Positions 9,914-15,291 of a DNA stretch of 49,852 nucleotides are shown here, piece after piece (within the stretch, counting starts at the first letter, position 1; every line of letters begins with the position of its first letter). A program made the position numbers and the translations under genes. The stretch is from assembly GCA_964640865.1 (NCBI GenBank), contig CAZXIU010000001.1, positions 1 through 49,852 on the forward strand. Reading direction: 5' to 3'. The notes under the pieces are model-generated. The model did no database searches. It saw nothing but the letters and a program-made list of their open reading frames with translations, and was not told where the DNA came from. The stretch comes from an uncultured archaeon. GTDB taxonomy: Archaea; Aenigmatarchaeota; Aenigmatarchaeia; QMZP01; JAFGSV01.

Positions 9914-10642
9914 ATGAATAAGGCTGTTGACGAATTTGAGCTCCAGAAAGAGCACCTAATGAAGAACATCATAGGAGAGATAGCAGTTTCGGGTGAACCG
10001 AACAAAGCCATCAAAAAATGGCGTTCTCTCTTCAGGGTTTCCCAGAAGGATCTCTCAAAGAATATCGGTGTGACATCGTCAGTGATATCAGACTATGAAT
10101 CAGGGAGAAGAAAATCCCCTGGCATCATGTTCCTGAAGAGGTATGTGGAGGCTCTCATAAGGATGGATGAAAAAAGCGGGGGGGAGGTCCTCAGGGTTTT
10201 CATAGGCACAGACGAGGATAAGCCTGTCTCTGCCGCAATACTCGATATCAAGGAGTTTGATGACGGAATGGGTGTTGATGTCTTCTGCAGGAAAATAGGC
10301 GCAAAAATACTCACAGGCGCATCCACAGACCGTAACATATACGGGTACACTCTCATAGACTCTGTCAAGGCCATAACCGAGCTTTCGTTCACAGAGCTCA
10401 AGAAGCTGTACGGGGTAACTGCGCAAAGGGCGCTTGTATTCACGAACATAACAACAGGAAAGGGTCCCATGATTGCCATAAAGGTCGCCAACCTCAAGCC
10501 CGCGCTGATACTCCTTCACAACATAAACGAAGGAGACGTGAGTTCAGTTGCAAAGAACATCGCTGATGTCGAGGGTGTTCCCCTTGCGATATGCAGCAGC
10601 AATATTGAGGTCTTTATAGAAAAGCTCAGGACCGTTTCCTAA
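9914..10642 (+). CDS. XRE-family HTH transcriptional regulator with conserved archaeal C-terminal domain (COG1395-like)
   Basis: HTH segment WRSLFRVSQKDLSKNIGVTSSVISDYESGRRKSP followed by about 170 aa of extra domain. Confidence 0.7.
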   Translation: MNKAVDEFELQKEHLMKNIIGEIAVSGEPNKAIKKWRSLFRVSQKDLSKNIGVTSSVISDYESGRRKSPGIMFLKRYVEALIRMDEKSGGEVLRVFIGTDEDKPVSAAILDIKEFDDGMGVDVFCRKIGAKILTGASTDRNIYGYTLIDSVKAITELSFTELKKLYGVTAQRALVFTNITTGKGPMIAIKVANLKPALILLHNINEGDVSSVAKNIADVEGVPLAICSSNIEVFIEKLRTVS

Positions 10643-11313
10643 ACAGTTTTAAGTGTTTCGCAATGAACCTTGCTGCCTTCTACGGTAACTATTCCGTAAT
10701 AACCTGAATAAGCTGGGCCTGGATAGAATATGGTTGTCTTTCCTATCATATCAACACCCCTGTTTTCATGTATATGAGCGGAAATGTTAAGGATGGGTAC
10801 ATTTTTATCTATAACCTTCGCAATTTCAGCGGAACCGACATGCTTCTTTTCCAGCTTGTCGAGTGATGTCCCCTTAGGGGGGGCATGTGTGATGAAAATC
10901 CACGGCTTTTTTATATCCTTCAACAGGGCATCAAGAGCTTCTTTCGTGTCATCCTCAGTTGGCTCGAACAGTGTATTGAAGGGTGTTTCAGCGCCGCCCC
11001 AGCCAACGAATGTTATGCCGCCAAAAACCGATGCCTTGTGATGGGCATTGACACCGTACTCTTCAAATATATCCAGTATCTCGAATGGGTCGTGGTTGCC
11101 CGGGACGCATAGTACCGGCTTCTTTGGTATCATAAGCTTCTGTATTACAACATCCGCTATTTCAAGCTGCGTGAAATTCGGTGTTATATCGAACATGTCC
11201 GTGAAATCTCCCTGGGACACTATAATGTCATAATCTTTGTTTTCCAGATCATCCATTATCTTCTGGAGCTTTCCTATCTTTCCGTGTATGTCACCTATAA
11301 CAGCTATTTTCAT
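10639..11313 (-). CDS. Calcineurin-like metallophosphoesterase
   Basis: MKIAVIGDIHGK (DxH), QGDFTD (GDxxD), VPGNHD (GNHD/E), ITHAPP and SAHIHEN motifs. ORF 10639..11385 has a hydrophobic N-terminal extension that I consider non-coding; the start is taken at M25. Confidence 0.8.
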   Translation of the reverse strand: MKIAVIGDIHGKIGKLQKIMDDLENKDYDIIVSQGDFTDMFDITPNFTQLEIADVVIQKLMIPKKPVLCVPGNHDPFEILDIFEEYGVNAHHKASVFGGITFVGWGGAETPFNTLFEPTEDDTKEALDALLKDIKKPWIFITHAPPKGTSLDKLEKKHVGSAEIAKVIDKNVPILNISAHIHENRGVDMIGKTTIFYPGPAYSGYYGIVTVEGSKVHCETLKTV

Positions 11314-11389
11314 TAAACCACCGAATACTGTTATTAGTGCAATAAAGGATAAAAACGTTTGTTTAAAATCACTATACACCCACACGCTT

Positions 11390-11402
11390 GTTTCCTGTGG
11401 AG
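11390..11402 (-). repeat. mini-ORB (reads CTCCACAGGAAAC on minus strand)
   Basis: Plus strand reads gtttcctgtggag. It is the inverted copy of the 11561/11578 repeats. Confidence 0.6.
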
Positions 11403-11480
11403 TTTATGAAATAAAATTTTATGACTTATTATATTATATATTATAATATAACATAGTTATATATACTTATAATAGCGTTT
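11403..11480. other. AT-rich putative duplex-unwinding element
   Basis: tttatgaaataaaattttatgacttattatattatatattataatataacatagttatatatacttataatagcgttt. It is almost devoid of G/C and is bracketed by oppositely oriented ORBs. Confidence 0.55.
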
Positions 11481-11494
11481 TTGCTTCCAAAAAA

Positions 11495-11515
11495 TCTCCA
11501 TACGAAACACAGGGG
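11495..11515 (+). repeat. ORB with G-string (TCTCCATACGAAACACAGGGG)
   Basis: TCCA-N3-GAAAC core followed by ACAGGGG. It has the same architecture as the two elements at 15089 and 15189 on the other strand. Confidence 0.55.
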
Positions 11516-11560
11516 TGGTGCTGTTCTGCTATTTACTTTTTCATTAAAAACAGAAAAAAG

Positions 11561-11590
11561 TTCCACAGGAAATAATTTTCCACAGGAAAC
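11561..11590 (+). repeat. Two tandem mini-ORBs (TTCCACAGGAAA at 11561 and 11578)
   Basis: Exact 12-mer repeated with a 17-bp period. Confidence 0.65.
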
Positions 11591-11595
11591 GGAAA

Positions 11596-11625
11596 GCTTA
11601 TAAACTTCTTAATTTTATTATAATT
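11596..11625 (+). promoter_or_regulatory. TATA-like elements (cttataaac / ttttattataatt) upstream of orc1/cdc6 ATG 11637
   Basis: AT-rich boxes 12-40 nt upstream of the start codon. The exact box is not resolvable by eye. Confidence 0.35.
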
Positions 11626-11636
11626 CCAGTGATTTT

Positions 11637-12860
11637 ATGGCCCAGTCATCCCTTAGCGAAATATTCGAATCTTATACCAATACAGTAGGTCTTTTCAAAG
11701 ACAAGGGAGCGCTTTCAACTGATTTCAGTCCTGCCAATATACCCCACAGGGAAAAGAAGATAGAGGAGCTCGCGTATATGCTGGCTCCTGTTCTCAGGAA
11801 CGAAAAGCCCTCGAATATTTTTATCTACGGAAAGACAGGCACAGGAAAAAGCCTCTGTATAAAGAAGGTGACGGATTCCCTGGAAGAGGCAGCTGAGAAA
11901 AGCGGCCGGAACGTCAAGATAATGTACATAAACTGCAAGATGGGAAAAGTCGTCGACACACAGTACCGGCTCCTTGTAAAGATACTTTCAATGCTTGGCG
12001 AGGACGTGCCTTTCACAGGCCTTCCCACAAACACCCTCCACAAGAAGCTCAATGAGAAGCTTGCTGAACGGGGAGGAAACATAATAATGGTCCTTGATGA
12101 GATAGACGCTCTTCTGGAGAAGATAGGGGATGACATACTCTATAACATAACACGAATAAGCCAGGATGTCCCGAACACACAGATAACCGTTGTCGGCATA
12201 TCCAACAAGCCGACATTCGTGGACAGCCTCGACCCAAGGATAAGGTCATCGCTGTCAGAAGAGGAGATGGTTTTCCCTCCTTACAATGCGAATGAAATAA
12301 AAGACATTCTTCAGGCAAGGGTGGAGACAGCTTTCAATGAGAATGCAGTTGATTATGGCGCCATAACCAAGTGCTCCGCGCTCGCAGCGCAGGAAAACGG
12401 CGACGCAAGAAGGGCGCTTGACCTCCTGAGGGTTGCCGCAGAATTGTGCGAGAGGGAGAAATGCAAAAAGGTCAGCGAGCGGTTCGTCAACAGCGCACAG
12501 GAGAAACTTGACAAGGACAGGCTGATAGAAATAATAAAAGCGCAGCCCAAGCAGTCAAAACTTGTCATAATATCAATGCTTAATCTCTACAAGCAGGAAA
12601 AGAAGGCCGTGCAGACAGGCGATGTGTACAACCTATATGAAAAGCTCGCGCACGCCAACGGGCTTAAGGCGCTTACACAGAGAAGGGTTTCCGACCTGAT
12701 ATCAGAACTTGACATGCTCGGTGTCATAAACGCCTCGGTTGTGTCCAAGGGAAGATACGGAAGGACGCGAAAGATAAACATACAGCTGAACAAGGGTCTT
12801 GTCTCTGTTCTGAAGAATACACTGGCAGGCGAATTTACTGAGGATTTTATTAATTTTTAA
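11637..12860 (+). CDS. cdc6: Orc1/Cdc6 replication initiator
   Basis: AAA+ Walker A GKTGTGKS, Walker B VLDEID and sensor region GDARRALDLLR. The C-terminal winged-helix portion and the 407 aa length are typical. Confidence 0.93.
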   Translation: MAQSSLSEIFESYTNTVGLFKDKGALSTDFSPANIPHREKKIEELAYMLAPVLRNEKPSNIFIYGKTGTGKSLCIKKVTDSLEEAAEKSGRNVKIMYINCKMGKVVDTQYRLLVKILSMLGEDVPFTGLPTNTLHKKLNEKLAERGGNIIMVLDEIDALLEKIGDDILYNITRISQDVPNTQITVVGISNKPTFVDSLDPRIRSSLSEEEMVFPPYNANEIKDILQARVETAFNENAVDYGAITKCSALAAQENGDARRALDLLRVAAELCEREKCKKVSERFVNSAQEKLDKDRLIEIIKAQPKQSKLVIISMLNLYKQEKKAVQTGDVYNLYEKLAHANGLKALTQRRVSDLISELDMLGVINASVVSKGRYGRTRKINIQLNKGLVSVLKNTLAGEFTEDFINF

Positions 12861-12874
12861 CATACTTCTTTTAC

Positions 12875-13810
12875 ATGGAAAAACAGACCATTATCCGCGA
12901 ACTGATGGCAAAAGGCATAATGGTGACACCCGATATACTTGAAATGGCCCTCAGGGACGGCATTGATCAGGTCGTTTCAAGCAGGCATGATGTGGTGATG
13001 TCATCAGTCAGGACAACCGAAAGGACAAGGAATGCAGCAGAACCAATAAAATGCTCTTCACTTCTTTCTGAATCCAAGAAGGAATATACAATTGAAGATG
13101 CTGTCAAAAGCAACTACAGAAGGTATGAGTCGCTGAGACGCATGCTCCTGCGGAAAGCAGACGCGGTTTCCATAAAAAACATAACGAATGCAAAAAGCCG
13201 CATAACAGTCGTGGGGATGGTGAAGGAAAAGAAGGATTTCGGCTTTGTGCTTGAGGACAGCACAGGAGAGGCCACTGTCAAGAGTGATGCCAATGTGGAA
13301 ACAGACGATGTCATAGGTGTTAACGGATGGGTAAGAAACGGTGTTTTCACAGCAGATGACGTTTTTTATCCGGACATTCCGATGGACCGTGTGGTCGGCA
13401 CCATCGAAGGAACGCTTCTTCTGAAGAACACAGGCAGCATCCCTGACGTGAATGCTGATGTTACTGTGACCCCTGATTCTTTCATAACAGGCGGAAAAGA
13501 GGCAATGACATGCACACCCAACACCATCACAGTGGAAAGAGGGGGGAAGAAGTTGATAATAGTTGTGTATAAAACAGACGACCCTGTGAATAAAAATGAT
13601 GCCATCAGGTGGCTGAGAAGGCGCTTTATGCCGAGCAGTGAAAGAATTTTCGACAGCATGTATGTCCTCGACCCGGTGCCTGACATCTTATGGATATCGT
13701 CCAAGAACGATTACTGGTGTGATAATTACAAGGGCACCACAATGGTGTCTTTCGGTTACGGAAGGAGTGCTCTTGTAGATATGAAAACACGTGGTATAAA
13801 ACAACTCTGA
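12875..13810 (+). CDS. DNA polymerase D small-subunit (DP1)/B-subunit-like protein with truncated, apparently inactivated phosphoesterase domain
   Basis: The N-terminal helical module IIRELMAKGIMVTPDILEMAL and the OB-fold block ITVVGMVKEKKDFGFVLEDSTGEATVKS...DDVIGVNGWVRNGVFTADDVFYPDIP are collinear with DP1. Where DP1 has SD(I/V)HVGS this protein has LLLKNTGS. The GDxxD and GNHD regions are absent, and GH(V/T)H is replaced by SSKND in VLDPVPDILWISSKNDYWCDNYKGTTMV. It is 311 aa, against about 480-620 aa for DP1. Confidence 0.6.
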   Translation: MEKQTIIRELMAKGIMVTPDILEMALRDGIDQVVSSRHDVVMSSVRTTERTRNAAEPIKCSSLLSESKKEYTIEDAVKSNYRRYESLRRMLLRKADAVSIKNITNAKSRITVVGMVKEKKDFGFVLEDSTGEATVKSDANVETDDVIGVNGWVRNGVFTADDVFYPDIPMDRVVGTIEGTLLLKNTGSIPDVNADVTVTPDSFITGGKEAMTCTPNTITVERGGKKLIIVVYKTDDPVNKNDAIRWLRRRFMPSSERIFDSMYVLDPVPDILWISSKNDYWCDNYKGTTMVSFGYGRSALVDMKTRGIKQL

Positions 13811-15036
13811 TGTTTGTGGAAATATTACTGTCTGCTTTATTCGGGTTTTCGTTAGGTCTTTTTGCAGGGCTCATACCCGGAATACATCCAAATACCATTA
13901 TGGTTATCATTGGCTCGTCGGCCATCTTATCCGGCACAGCCAGCACAGAATGCATCCTTGCGTTTGTTGCATCCCTTTCAGTGACCAACAGCATAGTCAA
14001 CTTCATACCATCAGTTCTTACAGGCGCGCCTGAATCTGATACATGTCTCTCTGTATTGCCTGCCCACAGGTTCCTTATGTCAGGACGCGGCTATGAGGCG
14101 CTGTACTTGACAGTTGCCGGCGGGGTTTTCGTCACGCTTCTCACAGTTGTTTCCCTTCCATTCCTCCTCTGGGCGGTTCCGGGAATTTACAGCCTGATAT
14201 CAGGCTATATGCACTGGCTGCTCATTGCGGTTCTTTTGGTTCTCCTTATTAATACGCGCTCCAGGCGCGCGCTTTCCCTTTTTGTTTTCATTATCACAGG
14301 GATTTCCGGGTTGCTGCTGCTTTCAACATTTCACCAGGAAACCGTGCTGTTTCCATCGCTTACAGGGTTGTTTGCAGTGCCTGTCCTTGCTCTGAGCGCA
14401 GGAACATTCAGCTTTCCTAAGCAGAAGATACGGACACCAAAGAACATAAGCATGAAAGGAGGCTTCTCAGGATGGCTGTCAGGCATATTCGTTGGCATGC
14501 TTCCCGGCATAGGCTCAGCCCAGGCAGCTGTACTCTCCAATAGTATAGTAAAGGGAAATGAACGGGATTTCATGATGTCCATTGGAGGCATAAACACGTC
14601 GAATGTCATGTTTTCATTCGTAATGCTGTTCACACTCTCCAAGACAAGAACAGGGGCATCCGCATTCATATCAGGCATTTCAGGGGCCATAGACATTTAC
14701 GGACTCTCTCTTCTCATGGCAGTGTCCGTGCTGTCGTGCATGCTTGCAGCTGTTTTTACTCTCTACGCAGGAAGGCTGTTCACGAGAAACATACACAGGG
14801 TTAACTACAGGAAGATGAACTTCACAATAGTTGCATTCCTTGTAGCCATTACATTCATCATAACAGGAATATATGGCCTCTTGATAATGGTCTTATGTTC
14901 ACTTATCGGCGTGTGCAGTTCATATATGGGTGTAAAGCGCATGTATATGATGGGATTTCTCATGCTGCCGACAATAATATATTTCTCCGGTTTAGGGGAT
15001 GCGGCCAGTTTATTCAGTCTCTTGATTCCGGTTTGA
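13810..15036 (+). CDS. Polytopic membrane protein, TctA/DUF112-like
   Basis: About 10-11 TM helices with repeated G(L/M)(I/L)PGI(H/G) motifs (GLFAGLIPGIHPNT, GIFVGMLPGIGSAQA). The start overlaps the upstream stop (TGATG). Confidence 0.6.
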   Translation: MFVEILLSALFGFSLGLFAGLIPGIHPNTIMVIIGSSAILSGTASTECILAFVASLSVTNSIVNFIPSVLTGAPESDTCLSVLPAHRFLMSGRGYEALYLTVAGGVFVTLLTVVSLPFLLWAVPGIYSLISGYMHWLLIAVLLVLLINTRSRRALSLFVFIITGISGLLLLSTFHQETVLFPSLTGLFAVPVLALSAGTFSFPKQKIRTPKNISMKGGFSGWLSGIFVGMLPGIGSAQAAVLSNSIVKGNERDFMMSIGGINTSNVMFSFVMLFTLSKTRTGASAFISGISGAIDIYGLSLLMAVSVLSCMLAAVFTLYAGRLFTRNIHRVNYRKMNFTIVAFLVAITFIITGIYGLLIMVLCSLIGVCSSYMGVKRMYMMGFLMLPTIIYFSGLGDAASLFSLLIPV

Positions 15037-15088
15037 GCGAAAAGCGCTAAGTTAACGCGTAGGAGCTTAACTTCATATGACGATGTTA

Positions 15089-15110
15089 CCCCCCTGTTTC
15101 CACTGGAAAC
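15089..15110 (-). repeat. ORB with G-string (minus strand GTTTCCAGTGGAAACAGGGGGG)
   Basis: Plus strand reads cccccctgtttccactggaaac. It is a near-textbook archaeal ORB core plus a G-run. Confidence 0.6.
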
Positions 15111-15188
15111 CTCTTGATTTTATAGAAAACGATACCAATAGGCCTATGTGAACAACCCATGAACAAAAACGCCACAAGAGTGTTCAGA

Positions 15189-15210
15189 CCCCCCTATTTC
15201 ATATGGAAAT
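15189..15210 (-). repeat. ORB-like element with G-string (minus strand ATTTCCATATGAAATAGGGGGG)
   Basis: Plus strand reads cccccctatttcatatggaaat. It lies exactly 100 bp from the 15089 element in the same orientation. Confidence 0.5.
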
Positions 15211-15233
15211 TCACGGGCAATATATACATATTC

Positions 15234-15261
15234 ATTTCATCTGGAAATTTTCATGGAAAAC
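15234..15261 (-). repeat. Two degenerate mini-ORB-like dyads (atttcatctggaaat, tttcatggaaaac)
   Basis: TTTC-N-GGAAA dyads adjacent to a short AT-rich stretch (caatatatacatatt). Confidence 0.35.
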
Positions 15262-15291
15262 CGGTAACATTAGAGCATGTGTGAAGATGAA

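Larger units (their letters stand above)
11386..11636. other. Putative replication origin (oriC): ORB elements flanking an AT-rich unwinding element, directly upstream of orc1/cdc6
   Basis: A 251-bp intergenic region holds four copies of a TCCA-N3-GAAA(C) dyad (three contain the 9-mer CCACAGGAAA). One is inverted relative to the others across a very AT-rich stretch, and one carries a downstream G-string. This is the classical archaeal ORB/DUE layout next to cdc6. Confidence 0.7.

Noticed and set aside
10639-11313. Idea that the stand-alone metallophosphoesterase beside oriC supplies the phosphoesterase activity missing from the DP1-like protein
   Set aside because: Its motifs (DxH, GDxxD, GNHD, H, HxH) are generic to the whole calcineurin-like superfamily. 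I see no DP1-specific features, it is on the opposite strand across the origin, and there is no evidence beyond proximity.
11390-11590. Possible CRISPR array or transposon inverted repeats, suggested by the repeated TTCCACAGGAAA units
   Set aside because: There are only four short (12-13 nt) dyad-symmetric copies with irregular spacing, no spacer-repeat periodicity and no cas or transposase genes. The ORB/origin interpretation fits much better.
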